Shown: piece after piece, positions 23,005 to 36,693 of the stretch
How the letters are laid out: each line of letters begins with the position of its first letter
How positions within the stretch are numbered: the stretch's first letter is position 1
DNA from: Podarcis erhardii
Taxonomy: Eukaryota
Assembly: GCA_964252035.1 (NCBI GenBank)
Contig: OZ176203.1
DNA length: 64,000 nucleotides
Strand: one strand, 5' to 3'
Made by a program: the position numbers and the translations under genes
Notes under the pieces: generated by a model
The model's database searches: none
What the model was told of the DNA's origin: nothing
Seen by the model: only the letters and a program-made list of their open reading frames with translations

Positions 23005-24300
23005 TGAAATGTCTGTCCAATGTATGGGGAGGACAAGGAGAAGAATGTTAATTAATTGTGTACACAACATACGCACCCTGGGAAAAACTTCTGGAAAAAA
23101 CTATTTTCAAATCCCACTCCTCTGAAGAGTGCAGCAGCAAATTACAGAAGCGTCATTTAAAAGAGGAATAACTACATTACAGTGATGTGGGGAAATGACC
23201 CAAAGACTCAGTCAATGGGCTTTTCTACATATCATCGGAGCTGGAAAGTAGGCAGTAATAATCAGCCGGGTAATTACCTAGAATGAGGAATGGGAATACC
23301 CAGATGACAACGATATGATCATATTTTTACAGCTGAAGAGAACAATGAAAACATTATTTCGGGGCAGTCAGATGAGAGTGACAGTGACTAACAATGTTGC
23401 AAATGTTTTTGCTTCAAACAATGAGCACAATTCAGCCAAGGATTTTTTAAGTATTAACTTTGCAGAAGTGATTAACTTTGGCAAGGTTATGCCCAACATT
23501 TTTTCCAGTGCCTAAAAAAAAATGTATATTACTAAAACTGATTAGGCCCGACAGGGCAAGAACCAGCACCTGGCATCCTTGGGCAGCTGTCAGGGACCAC
23601 GTGTCCCAGCAGGGCCCACAGCTGAGGTCTGCCCTGGGCCCCCATTAAAAAAGCCTGAGCAGAATTGGACAGCTGGGTCTAGCTACCATATTCCCACAAT
23701 GCCCTTGATGCAACATCACTCCACAATATTATGGGAAATTAAATTGCAGCTAGTCTCAGTCACTTGCTGGTTCTTATACATGGAGCTTAGAGTGTTTGGC
23801 TTACTTGGTGGTTACAAACAAGGAGAGAGTCCAAAAACAGAAGAGGAGTCTCACCAGAGATCACTTTGTCCAGGACTCTCTCAAACTTTAGCCTGGCCCT
23901 TCCCCAAGCAGGCACAGTGCCCACGTGCAAGAACGTCCCTTAAGCTTGAAGAGAGCTCTGTCATATTCCCCGGTGGGCACGAAAGATGCCCACCCTGGCA
24001 CTCCTCCTATATTCTCTGACAGCTCTTCCTCTCTACTTAGGCAAATCAGGCAAACCGTGGAGCTCATATAGCTTGCCTGGGTAGAGTAGAAGCGACGGAT
24101 GGGGAATATGGAGATATGCACACAGTCCTCTCATTCTCTCGCATCCAGCTGTACTGCTGGGTGCACACACCACCACACTGAAGAGGGGAGCACAGTTTTG
24201 TCAAGTTCTATAGGGATATCTCCATGAGCAGGAAAGATCATAATAATATGCCATAACTAACACAATAAAATAAAAATAAGGGACAGCTAAGAGGTGCTTT

Positions 24301-24655
24301 GGACGCGGGTGGTGCTGTGGGTTAAACCACAGAGCCTAGAGCTTGCCGATCAGAAGGTCGGCGGTTCAAATCCCCGCGACGGGGTGAGCTCCCGTTGCTC
24401 GGTCCCAGCTCCTGCCAACCTAGCAGTTCAAAAGCACGTCAAAGTGCAAGTAGATAAATAGGTACCACTCTGGCGGGAAGGTAAACGGCGTTTCCGTGTG
24501 ATGCTCTGGTTCGCCAGAAGCGGCTTAGTCATGCTGGCTACATGACCCGGAAGCTGTATGCCTGCTCCCTTGGCCAATAAAGCGAGATGAGCGCCGCAAC
24601 CCCAGAGCCGGCCACGACTGAACCTAATGGTCAGGGGTCCCTTTACCTTTACCTT
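24301..24655 (+). mobile_element. Sauria SINE (young)
   Basis: Many intact CpGs. Perfect 13-bp TSD TAAGAGGTGCTTT at 24288 and 24656. Confidence 0.95.
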
Positions 24656-25614
24656 TAAGAGGTGCTTTAGCAGGGTTCCATAGCATTTGTTCTCATCAGA
24701 CTATTGGTTATTTCCAACATATAAATCAGTCCTTGCTCTCCCACTATTAGAACCAGAATATTCACTAACAGGGAAGCATCTTCAGGCCGACAGGGCAATG
24801 AGAGGCATCTTAAGCTGCTTACACACTTTACCTATTAGACCAAGTTATTTTAATAAAGTGAATGTGGTAGATTGCTTCTTATGGCAATAACGCTCCTTTG
24901 CATATTTAGTGATGACAGACATACATATCAATTACATGAATTCATATAAATATGGACGATCTTAAGCCATACTGCTGCTAATAGTGTAAACTTGTGCCCT
25001 GTAACTTGGATTACCCCAACTGCCACTATTTAACATTAGGATATAACAGTGAGTCAGTTTAACATTTTATTCCCAAAGAAGTCCTCCCTCCTCCAGGACA
25101 AGGATTCTCCGATGACACCAGTAATTGTAGACCCTATCTGAAAACAAGCTGAGGAGATCTCACCCATCACTATGGTGGGTAGCAAAGGCCTAACAATAAC
25201 AATCCATCTTTCTTAATTATTGCTTAATGAAGCATTAATTAGGTGGGCAGAACATGTACTGAGTCTGAAGAGAGCGTGGGTGTGAGTCAGTCCTCTGGGG
25301 AAATATAGCTGCTTCCTAAAAGGTGAATCATAAGTCTACCATCATAAGAATCTCAGGATTTCAATTTATAAATTACCAGAACTTCAAAAATTATCCAAAA
25401 AGATTTAACCATCAGACAAAATGTGACATGGTGCATGGAAATACTCCTCCTACGTGCATATGGATCTCAGCAAATACAAACTAAATAGCAACAGTGCAAG
25501 ATTCCCCACACTGCCTTCAATGCAAGTTAAGAATGTGCAAATATATTCTGGAATGCAGCCAAATTTCCAGATTTATAAAAGGTATTTTAAAAGCAGTAGC
25601 AGAAGAATGTTTAC

Positions 25615-25713
25615 CTGTATAGTCCTCTGAACACCATTTACATTGACAGACAGCAGGGCCGAAGCCAAGTTCCACTCCCCAGTCACACTAAGTTTTATCC
25701 CGTCGACGTCCAC
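25615..25713 (-). CDS. PCCA: PCCA coding exon, equivalent to human exon 20 (99 nt, phase 0-0)
   Basis: TTTCTTTGGTGTCACAACAG|GTG GAC...ATA CAG|GTAAAC. Translates [33 protein letters not shown] versus human [33 protein letters not shown] (recalled). Confidence 0.97.
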
Positions 25714-27694
25714 CTGTTGTGACACCAAAGAAAACTGTTACGATAAAGCCAGACAAGAAACAGATCTCAAGTTCATTACTGCATACAAAGGAGCAACCAT
25801 ATTAAAACAGATGGCTCCCAAGCAACCTGTCATGTTTACTGCTCCTGCCACAAAAGACAAGGTCTAACAACAGAGTCTTCTTGGCATCTCTGGGGAAGAG
25901 GTGAAGGACCTGTGAACAGCTGCCTGTGGAGGGCTGTAAGTAATTTTCACGAAGTAGCAAACGCCCATCCAACTTTTAAACCGTATCTGGACATGCTACA
26001 TTTACAGTAATTAGACAAGCAACGCGTATGAATTCTACTGACACTTGGCAACCCACATGAGAGGCCTTGCATATAATATGCTCTCCAAGGACCAAACAAG
26101 AACTTTTTTTCTACATTTTAATGAAGGCCTTTCACATGGTTTTCTTAAAATAAGCCAGTACTTATCTCAGCATCCATTCAAACTTTTATATTTCTGTTGT
26201 GTTCCTCCTTTAGTAACTACTTACCTGCAGAATCATATACGTTCCTATGAAAAGACTCACAAAGCTATTTCTTTAATAACATGTAAAGAAATAACTTTTA
26301 TACATAAAGCAAACTCCCTGCAAAAAAACTGGAAGACTGTCAGTGCCCCATTCTCCCCTCACCCACCCAAGAAACTCATATTTTTAACTACTGGAAATAC
26401 AAAAAATATAGGATCACAGAATTAAAATATCACAGCAATTGAAATTATGATTTGTGTTTGAACAAGCTGTTATTTTATACAGCACGGGGTACAAGTGTTA
26501 AACTTCAGCAATATTTCCTTTCACTATAAATTCAAAGAAAATGGAAAATCCATTTAGCTTTCTAAGATTCAACTCAAAAACTCAAAAAGACTCTTTTTCT
26601 TCTTTTTTTACCAGGATCCATCCACTTCATCCCCCAGCCTGTATGATCTGGAAATACTTATTTTAAAAAATTCAGATTAAGAAAAGCACATACTGGACAT
26701 AACTAACGAAATAAAAATTTGCCAACTTCAATGCTGCAGCTCCATAAGCAGTTCACGGCAGGAACATGGGTGCCAACTGGGAACTATCATTCATGAAGAA
26801 AGACAGCATCTCAATTTATCATTAAATACATTGTAAGATATAGTATGGGGTATTACTTAAGGCAGAAATACTTTCAATACTTTCCCCTTGTATACCAACT
26901 TTTCCAACTATGGAAATTTAGTAGGCATAGCACCTATCCTTAAATTCAGAATGATAAAAATGAAATCAGTGAAGTTCATCTCCTCCTAATGATAGGGGGG
27001 ATCCTCCCTAAAAGTTAAGCACCTCCCATCTCTTATCACATACTTGAAAAATGCTATGCTAGGCCTGATCCGCTTTCTACAATCTCCTCCAAATGTGAAA
27101 TAATCATTAAAAATTGGGGGGGGGTGTTCAACAATGATAAACCCGGATTAAGCACTTTGGACCATTTACTTAATGTTACCAATGAAGCCTCAATAACTGG
27201 GTCCAAAGCTTTAGATCTTATCAGATACTTATTAGTGGACCGTCAATGGCCTACTAGAATGTAACCTGCTCATCCACAGTGTTTCCTCTCTTTTTTTTTT
27301 ATTCATCCAACGAACAATGGTGGTTGTTTTCTGTATAGACTGCATCATAATCAGATAGACAGATATGATTCATAAAACTTAAGAGCTCACCTGAATACGC
27401 CAATACCTCTTCCTTCCTTGCAGGCCTATGCGGGACAAAGGGGCATCCAGGTACACTTGCCCTAGGTCCCGGAGGGCTAAGTTGGTGAGGCGGCCCCACC
27501 AGCGACAGACTGATTTTTTAATTTTATTTTTCAGTTTATAACTTTATTCTAACAAGACTCCCACCCTGGGCCTCATACAAGATCTGCATGGGCCAGCTTC
27601 TTTCTCAGTGTTCCTGATTCTGTTGGCATAGATGCACTGAGTTTGCTACTTGAGAATGTGATCTTAAATACTAAATATAAATACGAAGACACCT

Positions 27695-27915
27695 GGGTGG
27701 CTTTAAAAGAGTATCAGAGAAATTCTTGGAGGAATAGGCTATCAATGGCCACTAGCCACAATGGCTATGTTCTACCTCCACGGTCAGAGGCATCATGCCT
27801 CTGAATACCAGTTGTATGTGGTTGTCCTCATGTCCTGCCTTCCCACAGACATCTGGCTGGCCATAGGATGCTGGACTACTAAGCCACTGACCTGCTTCTG
27901 CAGGCTCTTCTTATG
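27695..27915 (+). mobile_element. CR1 3' UTR fragment (family with a GGCTCTTCTTATG end)
   Basis: Shares motifs with 36472-36693 and 46115-46221 (ATGGC...GATGCTGGACTA...GCTCTTCTTATG). Confidence 0.65.
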
Positions 27916-27986
27916 AAATTTGTTTGATGCAGTAATTGAATTAGGCATTCCAGCCTAATTCATAAAACCAAAATCTTCCTTTTAAG

Positions 27987-28390
27987 AAAAAGAGTCTGGA
28001 AACCAAGCCTTATGAGGAACAGTTGAAGGAGCTGGGTATGTTTAGGCTGGAAAAGAGGAGATATGATAGCCATCTTCAAATATCTCAAGGGCTGTCGCTT
28101 GGAAGACGGGACCAGCCTGTTTTCTCCTGCTCTGGAGGGTAGGACACAAACCAATGACTTCAAGTAACAAGAAAGAAGGTTCCGACTAAACATCAGGAAA
28201 ACTTTCTGACAGCTGTTCGACAGTGGAACAGACTCCCTCAGGAAGTAGTGGACTCTCCTTCCTTGGAGGTTTCTAAGCAGAGGTTGTATGGCTATCTGTC
28301 ATACATGCTTTAGCTAAGATTCCTTCATTGCAGGGGATTGGACTAGATGACCCTCAAGGTCTCTTCCAACTCTACAATTCTATGATTCTA
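27987..28390 (+). mobile_element. CR1 LINE 3' end
   Basis: Peptide SLETKPYEEQLKELGMFRLEKRR..DMIAIFKYLKG..RFRLNIRK typical of the CR1 ORF2 C-terminus. TTCTATGATTCTA tail. Confidence 0.92.
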
Positions 28391-31201
28391 AAATGGCCCA
28401 CGGTCCAGCCAGGTGACCCAATCCAGTTCCAGTTCTATGTATGTATGTATGTATGTACGTATGTATGCATGCATGCATGCATTTGGTGTGCCCTTCTCAA
28501 TGTAACGCTGACTACAGTATGCCTGACATCAATTTGCATTACTGGAGAAGTATAAATGGTGCATTAGAGGTTGGGAAAGAGAAAAAGTCTGAAGCAGTAG
28601 CATGCTGGGTTACACTAGAATAGAATGGCAAAGGCAATAAAAAGGAAGAAAGGACTGCAAGTTGAGCCTGCCAAGCTGGAAATGATAAAAGTTTATATGA
28701 AGGGAATATTGATATCAAACCTAGCTACAATGGCAAAATGCATTATTTGCTTTCATTTGTTGACAGAAAAATGGTACCACTTTCACGAAAAAAGGTCACG
28801 CATTTCTCTCTTGCAGATAAATGTAAGGTCAGTTTTAAATAGCTTGAAAGCGATTATTGGTACAACCTCAAAAGGAAGTTCAAGTACCTGGGGTTTCAGT
28901 CTCATTAAAAGATCATTCTTTTTCTCTCTTTTTTTTGAAAACTTTCCTTTTGTTCATATTTGCACTTACTTCTAAAAAAAGACTCCAAGAGTGAGACCCA
29001 GTCCATGAATTACATATCCTGAGGTAAGCTCGGTTACCTATTTATAGATCTTGCCCTTTTCTACCAAACTAGATCAAGTGCTTTATTCAGTACATGACTG
29101 CAGGAAAGAAACTCATTTGCTCCAAGTGTCATCAAGGCAGCCTTTTACCTGCCATGAATGAAACCAGAAGATGTTTTGAATTGCTAGACTTCTGCTTCAA
29201 ATGCGCTTTTTTCATATGCATAACACTATACGCCGTACCAGCATCGCTTTCAATTTTTTGAAAGCTTTTTGCAAGTACAGAAAAGGCAGCCAATAACTAT
29301 GATAGTATACATAAAGCAGACGTTCACATTATCATCACTGCAGTTTCTTTACGTTACAGAGATGCATGCAAAGATCTGCAGTGGTTCTGCACAACTCAAA
29401 TATTTCCTAATGTTAGAAAGGGGAAATAATATCGTCTGTTCAGCAGAACTGAAATCAAAACATGAATATTTCACCTTCAAACATTCAAAGTGCACATTCA
29501 AAGTCAAAAAATGTAGATGGTCTTGTTCATCCATTCGAAGAAGACCCCTGAAGTAGTCAGCTTGCTTACTCTGTGATGGTTTTGTTGGTCCAAATAAAGC
29601 TAATACCTACTGTTACTTTTGGATTCAGCTGGATAGTCTCTTATTTAGCTGAATCAAAATTGTAGCTGTTATTTGGATTCCAATCAGCTGCAAATGTATT
29701 AGAGATTTAGAACAGCACATCAATGCCAACAAGACTACTTTGTCTGAGAATTAAGTTGGCCATCTTGATTTTAAGACAAGTGATACAATTCTTCCCGTGC
29801 TCTTCTTGCTGACTGTTTAAAATGTTCATGTTATGGGGTGGTGTTTCTACCTGCCATTTAAGGCACCATTGCTCACATGGACCCACGGCCTGTTGCACCT
29901 CAGCTTCTGAAGATGAGCTCTCCTGCTGCACAGATGATCCCCTGGCCATCTTGTCTGAGGGTCCCAAGAATTCCCAGGTCTAGTTGGGTCCTGGACTCTG
30001 CTAAGTAGTGGGGGCTTAGCCACCTACTGATAAGGAATCCTCTGGCTGAGCCATGACAATTACCCTCTCTCCCTGCAGACCCAATGTCCTCCTTTCTGAA
30101 TGTTTGGGAGCCTTCTGAAACACTATGGGAGGTGGTGAGGGGGGAGTGGAAACTGGCAAATGTTACCTCTCCCCCTTCTTCTGGCAGGAGTGTCCCATCA
30201 TCTCCATGGAACTCTGCTCCAGCAATTCTCCCACCAACACGAGGGAAGTCTGGATCCAAACTGATGCATGCTATTCTGCAGGGTTTATTAAGGGTGTCAA
30301 AGTTCATGATGACTATTGTCTTGTTAGTGAAAGAATTTTGAATATTTTTGGCTGACTATTTTTTAACGTCTTTAAACAGGTGCCAACAGCAATTTCATAG
30401 TAAGCAATGTCATCATAGGCATATCATCAACGTGGTCCCAATTAGGAAATTGTATTTGCTTAATGGGAAAGGAAGTAGGTAATCCTACTCTGGTGCCAAA
30501 CACTTCCAGGGTGTACACACCTTTTCCTCTGCATTTACGTAAGTAGGAAAACTCAATGTTCCAAAGAGCTTATGAAAATATTTCCACATTAGTTCTTTAT
30601 CTGCTACTAATATAATTAAATCTATTGAAGGTTAAACACATCAAAGTACCTAGCATGAATCAATGTGGGGAAAAATATTTTATAAAAAACTATTCATTGC
30701 TGACTGGTTTTATCTGATATGAAAGGGCAAAACATCAATGGCAAATAACTAAAATCTAGTTAATCTTTCATTGTTGAAGACATGAAAGAAGCTGACTAAG
30801 GGTCATCTATTCATTACAAAACATTCCACACACAATGTATTACTAAAAAAAAGAGAGAAGAGGGGAGGATAGGCAAGAGGGAGAGAGGGAGACAGAGAAA
30901 GAGATATGCTTTACACAGGGAAAGAAGGTTCTGCATCAAGGTGCTAAAACAAAGTGAATGCTACTTTTATGAACTGTGAAATAGTCTTTTTACTGCCAAA
31001 GTAAGCATCAAGCTGAACTGGCACAAGGGTATCTCATGTGGCTCAGTCTTTAGTATGTACTAGATGCCAGGGCAAAACGGTTTTTAAGAAGACTCAGGCA
31101 AAATGCTTCAAACATGGCACAAGGCTAGCTACAAACCTGATGCGCAGGAGTCTGTCATGGATCTGATGACACAGTCTAGCGCTGTGAAAAGTACTGAACC
31201 C

Positions 31202-31321
31202 ACAGGTGGGGAACCTGTGGCTTTCCAGAAGCTGCTGAACTCCAACTCCTATTAGTCCCAGCCGGGATGGTGGGAGTTGTATTCTAACAACATCTGAAGA
31301 GCAACAGGTTTCATATTCCTG
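31202..31321. mobile_element. hAT/Charlie-type MITE, same family as 24-161
   Basis: GGGGAACCTGTGG..CCAGA...CAACATCTG..CAGGTT inverted structure. Confidence 0.7.
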
Positions 31322-34300
31322 CTCTCACCCATTAAGATCTAAGGAGAAGTGTGCTGCTTGCTCCCTGCTTCAGTTAGAATTTTCCATTGCAAACAGCAAG
31401 TCTTTCCCAGTAGTAGTGCCTGGCTGTGAAATGTTCACTCCAACTATGGCTATAAAGAGCCCAGATCAGACCTTTAGAATAAATAAAACACGCATGTGTA
31501 CAGATAGATTAAAAAATAGTCATGTGACATATATAAGAGGAATTTCAGGTTTGATCTGTTTCCTGCAATGTAGGTGTTCTGATTGACAAGTCGATTGTAT
31601 TGTGACTTCTGAACTTTCTTCCTGTATATCCTGTTGTTCCTTCCCGTAAACTATTCTTGGTTACCATTTCATAGGGAGAAGACAGAATAAATAAGGATTC
31701 AGCTGACAGCTTGGAAACTCAGCAGTAGCTACTTGTTCCCATGGCGTATGTTTAAGGGATAGCCACTCTGGCATCCAAAAGCAGGTATCACAGTCTGTAC
31801 CGTCTCTTAGAGAAAGAAAAAGGATCTGAGTTTCTGGAGTGTTTGCAAGAAGGTTTAGGCAAGATGCTGAATCATCCCGTGCTAAGTCATTCCTGTTTCT
31901 GCCCATGGCCGTATACAAAGGTGAAGATTTTTACTTAAAAATAAAAGCATGCATAGGACTATAGCCTCAATATAGTTTACGCAAGAAACAACTGGCAGAT
32001 CAGTCCTTAACTTGGAACTGACAGAACTCCAGAACTCTGAAATTCAGAAAATCATCATGGCATCAACTAGGAATTTCAGGTAATAAATTGCAGATGCTTG
32101 ATTGCAAATTGGAACTTGTGGTTTGGGACTATTATACGGGTCAAATATTAAAAGTGATAATGAGAAGGTTCACAAAATACACTACTAAAATTAAGTGACA
32201 AAGAAATAAGTTAATACTATTGTATTCATGTCTTGTTCATATTCATTTCAAAAAGCTTTGATATAGGAAGTAGGGAGGTGATGGGTCAATTTTTCATGCC
32301 TCTACCCAGAGTTTTTGGAACATAATCCCTGAAACAATTGTAGGAAAGATTGTTTGGATAGTGCAGAAAGAAATGATACAGTCTGTTCCACGTATTTAAA
32401 ATTCTACAAATCCTACAAATTAAATGGGAAAAGTAGACAAGTAACAAAAGTAATTTCTGCTCCCAACACGGGCACTGGCAGTGACTCGTTAAGAGGTCTA
32501 AATAATGATTAAAGTTGATGAGTAGCTGAAGAGAAGAGGGGGACAGCCCATGAGTCCAAGGAGGTTTTATTCTGATTTTTCTCAGACAACAGCACCTACC
32601 CACTCTCCCTCCCACACTCACTGCCAGAAGTCAAAAACTTCACTAGATTTTAGAAGCCTTTATATATCCCGAGAAGCTCTTTGGATCTCAGTCATATTCA
32701 TACTTATATACCACTCATTTACCCAAGTAACTGACGGTGGCAAATGTAGCACTTCCAGACAATCCCTATCACAGAGCAATTCTCTGATATAAAGTGTAGC
32801 AATCATTTTGTAGGATCCCATTTCCAGAACTTCAAAATAAGCACATCTGATTTATTTCCATGTTTCTAGGCTGGTGCCGTCTCACTTTTGCAAAAATCTC
32901 AGTTCCTTTCAGTGCATCACGTGGAAGCACAAAAATAAGACTACTGTTCTGGCAACAGATCCCAGGAATTGCTCACTTGCATTTCTTTGGTTTTGCTACT
33001 TTACATTTTCTAAACCATATGTCACAGCTCTAAACTGAATGCTGCTTTTTGCTTTTAGATTAATGTTTCCAGATGTAGCTAGTTACTAAATGAGAAGTGT
33101 TCCTCTGCTTTTAATGTACTTTCAGTCTGAATTTTCCCCCCTCCAGCAAGGAGACCTGCAACCAAACAGAGTCAATAGGCACAATGCATTTAATTCCAGT
33201 AAGTATACAAAAAGCATTATGCAAACAAAATGAAGAATACGAACACAGGACACTCCAGTTCAAATGTCTGCCATACTCTTGGTGACATTGGTCAACGTGA
33301 TTCTTAAGCCTCCATTGGTAAAATGGAAATTACAGGAAACTTTACAGGGTTACCACAAGAAAAAGAAGTTGAATCATTCCTAACAAACAGTGCTGAAATA
33401 TGTTTTAAGAGCCCATTAGGCAAATTTTAGTGCTACTATTTCAGTAGAACTATTAAGAAGGTCTATGGATAATGACAGATAACACAAATCATGCCCATCT
33501 CCTGGATTTTGTATGACCCTTAAATAGGTGTCATTTTAATCCTGAAGCTACTCCCTACACCTCGTATAACACTTATTCTCTATTTCTTTTCATCTGACCC
33601 AGAAAAAATTACTCCTTATACTTATGCTAATCCTCCACTTACCACCTACTCTATTATTTGTCTCTTTTGCTTTCTTCTTCTCTACATTAATTCCTGACAC
33701 TTCTTTTGATCTAGCCTATTAGTTACTTTTTTGCTATCAATTCATCCCGATAAAGAATTGCCAGCTATAATGTTATATTTCATGTTTCAGAGCAATATTT
33801 TATTGACTCACTACTCTCTCCCTACCTGCTTCTGGATAATGATGAATATTCAGGGTATATCACAGGGTGAAACCATCTACAAACTATATCCTGTTTTTGT
33901 TTTGTTTCTACATTGATATAGCTGAAGCTCTCTTAAAATACCTCATTTGGTAGGTAATACTTCTCATTTAATATTTCTCCAAAACAGCAAATGCAATCAC
34001 ACTGGCTGCTGACAACTCATTATTATTTTCTTTGTAATAGTAATGCTCTCTGGTAAGTCAAGGGTATGCTATTTTCACTACATATTTCTTCTTTTTAAAT
34101 GGAAAACTGTACTGAACTGCTGGTGATTTGTAGAAAAAAGTGAAACATTTATTTTGCTCACGAAGAACTGGTCAAGTTTCTCATTGCCAAATGACATTTG
34201 AGACCAATATACATCAAGGGCGGACAACTCTTGTAGTTCTAGAAGTTATTCTATTGTTCTAACAATAGTCTGAGAGCTAAAAGAACATTTCTGCCACACA

Positions 34301-34609
34301 ACCAAATTGCTCATGGATTGTTAGACTCTGTAATAGACATGTTGCCCATCACATTTAAGGACTTTACATACAAAATCCAGAGAGAAATAACATTGAAAGC
34401 AATTTATTTGACCACACCTTAAAGAAAACTCTGCCACATATGCTGGGGCCAGATGAAATTGCTTTGAGCGCTAGATCTGATTGGCAATGCTCACTTGCAA
34501 TTTTCACTAAGGTTGACTAAGATGCAGAAGACAATAGGTGCAGCACAAATTTGGTACAGTATATACTGCTCTTAAAAAGTGAATACATAAAACTTTTACT
34601 CAGGTGAGA

Positions 34610-34703
34610 GTACGTGCTTATATCAGCAATACCAGGTTTCTGGGTTCAGACCCCCTTCTTAAACTCCACAGTTATCACAGACTGACTTTAACATGCATAG
34701 TAT
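34610..34703 (+). repeat. 94-bp direct repeat, copy 1 (copy 2 at 36025-36118)
   Basis: 89/94 identical. Not recognised as a TE. Confidence 0.9.
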
Positions 34704-34825
34704 AGCTAGGCTGCATACATTCACTTGTTTCACAGAAAATCAAGTTTTACTGTGCAATCAGCAGCGAACATACAAAGCTATCATGAAAAAACTCACAACT
34801 GCTATTTGCTGAATAACTATATATA

Positions 34826-35184
34826 AAGGTAAAGGGTCCCCTGACCATTAGGTCCAGTCATGACCGACTCTCGGGTTGCATGCTCATCTCGCTCTATAGG
34901 CTGAGGGAGCCAGCGTTTGTCCACAGACAGCTTCCGGGTCGTGTGGCCAGCATGACTAAGCCGCTTCTGGCGAACCAGAGCAACGCACGGAAACACCGTT
35001 TACCTTCCCACCAGAGTGGTACCTATTTATCTACTTGCACTCTGATGTGCTTTCGAACTGCTAGGTGGGCAGGAGCAGGGACCGAGCAACGGGAACTCAC
35101 CCCGTCGCGGGGAATCGAACCGCCGACCTTCTGATCGGCAAGTCCTAGGCTCTGTGGTTTAACCCACAGCGCCACCCGCGTCCC
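34826..35184 (-). mobile_element. Sauria SINE
   Basis: Full length. TSD TAACTATATATA at 34814 and 35186. Confidence 0.94.
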
Positions 35185-35916
35185 TTAACTATATATAGGG
35201 AAGCTGTAATACTGCAATAATTAATTCACATAAATCACTATACAGTTTGCCCCGTTTTCATCAATATGCCTTCTTAAGCTTCTGTACAGCTAAGAAACTT
35301 GGCCACTCTGTATGTGACATACAGCTGGGCAGAACATAATAAAAAAATCAAATAAGGATACATCTTTTACATGATTAATCAGAGTAAATAGGTTAGTTTG
35401 TAACAAGGCAAAAAGGCATCCCAATTACAGCCTGGAAGAAAGCTCCCTAGCTTTAAAAGAAATATAAATAAAATACAAAAAAAAAACCCAATGGTATAAG
35501 TTTGGGGTATCTGACCTGTGGGACATATTTAGCCCTTCAAGACATTTTTGTGACCTATTCAAGACTCCACCCCCTTGGCAATTTGGCAGTGGCAAGTTTA
35601 ACTTTTTACCAATACTATTCAATGCTGCTTCCTCACTGTGGGGGCACTTTCACAGTGCTTGGCAATAACTTCGGGGGGGGGGGAGGACGGACACATACAG
35701 GATTGGGACAGAGACCGCTGCTTGTGCCCACCCACCAGATCATCTTTATCATTGGGGTAGGGCCGCAATGTTGAAGCCTCTCTGCCCACCCCGGCCCCAA
35801 GATCAGAGTACAGAGCACTCCCTTGCACCAGGTGATGATTTGTGCGTGGGAAGAGTGAGAAACTGTATCCTAGTACCAGGATAGCTGTCCCTTCCCTTGT
35901 TCATTATCTGCAACCC

Positions 35917-35943
<27 letters not shown>
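35917..35943. repeat. (GT)n microsatellite followed by GCGCGC
   Basis: Direct reading. Confidence 0.95.
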
Positions 35944-35951
<8 letters not shown>

Positions 35952-36024
35952 CAGGGGGCAGGGGGCAGGCATCTGGGTTTATGTGTGTGTTTCTTCGGGT
36001 GTGTAGCTGCTGTCTGTTCTGTGT

Positions 36025-36118
36025 GTATGTGCTTACATCAGCAATACCAGGTTTCTGGGTTCAGACCCCCTTCCTAAACTCCACAGTGATCACAGACTGA
36101 CTTTAACATACATAGTAT
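36025..36118 (+). repeat. 94-bp direct repeat, copy 2
   Basis: Aligned by eye to 34610-34703. Confidence 0.9.
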
Positions 36119-36471
36119 GGCATGAGTAAGATGGAAAGACTTGCCCCACCCAGAATTAAAATACTATGCTAAGTTCAATTTCCTTTCCCCAGTGATTCCA
36201 GCCCGGTGTGGTCTTTACTTTTTGGAAAACACATTAACCAAAGGCTGCATTAGAGAAGACAATGGTGCTAATGAATGTATGTGCAGATTTTCAGAGAACT
36301 GCTTGTCCTAAAGCTGTGGAAGCAGCAGAACTCCTCGAGGAATGAATTGTAATGTCTTTTGGTGGGAAATGACCCTGGTACTAATAAGCCAAACTAATCC
36401 AATCACTCATCCAATTAATCACTGTGGAAGTGGAAACCCTGGAACTCCAAGAAAGCTGGCCATCAGATATG

Positions 36472-36693
36472 CAATCAGTGGCTATTAGGCATGATGGTTA
36501 TGTTCTCTCTCCACTGTCAGAAGCACTATGCCTCTAAACGCCGGTTGCTAGGAATCAGAAGCAAAAAGTGTGCTGTTGCACTCAGCTCCTGTTTACAGGC
36601 TTCACATGGGCAACCTGTTGGCTATTGTGAGGACAGGACGCTGGTCTAGTTGGGCCGTTGGCATAATCTAGCAGTGCTCTTCTTCTGCTCTTA
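36472..36693 (+). mobile_element. CR1 3' UTR fragment
   Basis: Similar to 27695-27915. Confidence 0.65.

Noticed and set aside
29520-29625. Short stretch resembling a Penelope-type 3' tail
   Set aside because: Too degenerate. No intact CTGATGA...GAAA hammerhead core was seen here or at the other CTGATGA hits I checked.
29900-30341. GC-richer region with 85-135 aa ORFs on both strands
   Set aside because: No recognisable domain or splice structure. Probably an old repeat remnant.
32339-32830. Possible solo LTR
   Set aside because: Could not define TG..CA ends with a TSD.
21144-35134. Similar ORFs recurring at 6482, 7784, 7863, 21144, 22483 and 34880 (..SGTYLSTCTL..ELTPSRGFEPPTF)
   Set aside because: These are read-throughs of Sauria SINE copies, not a gene family.
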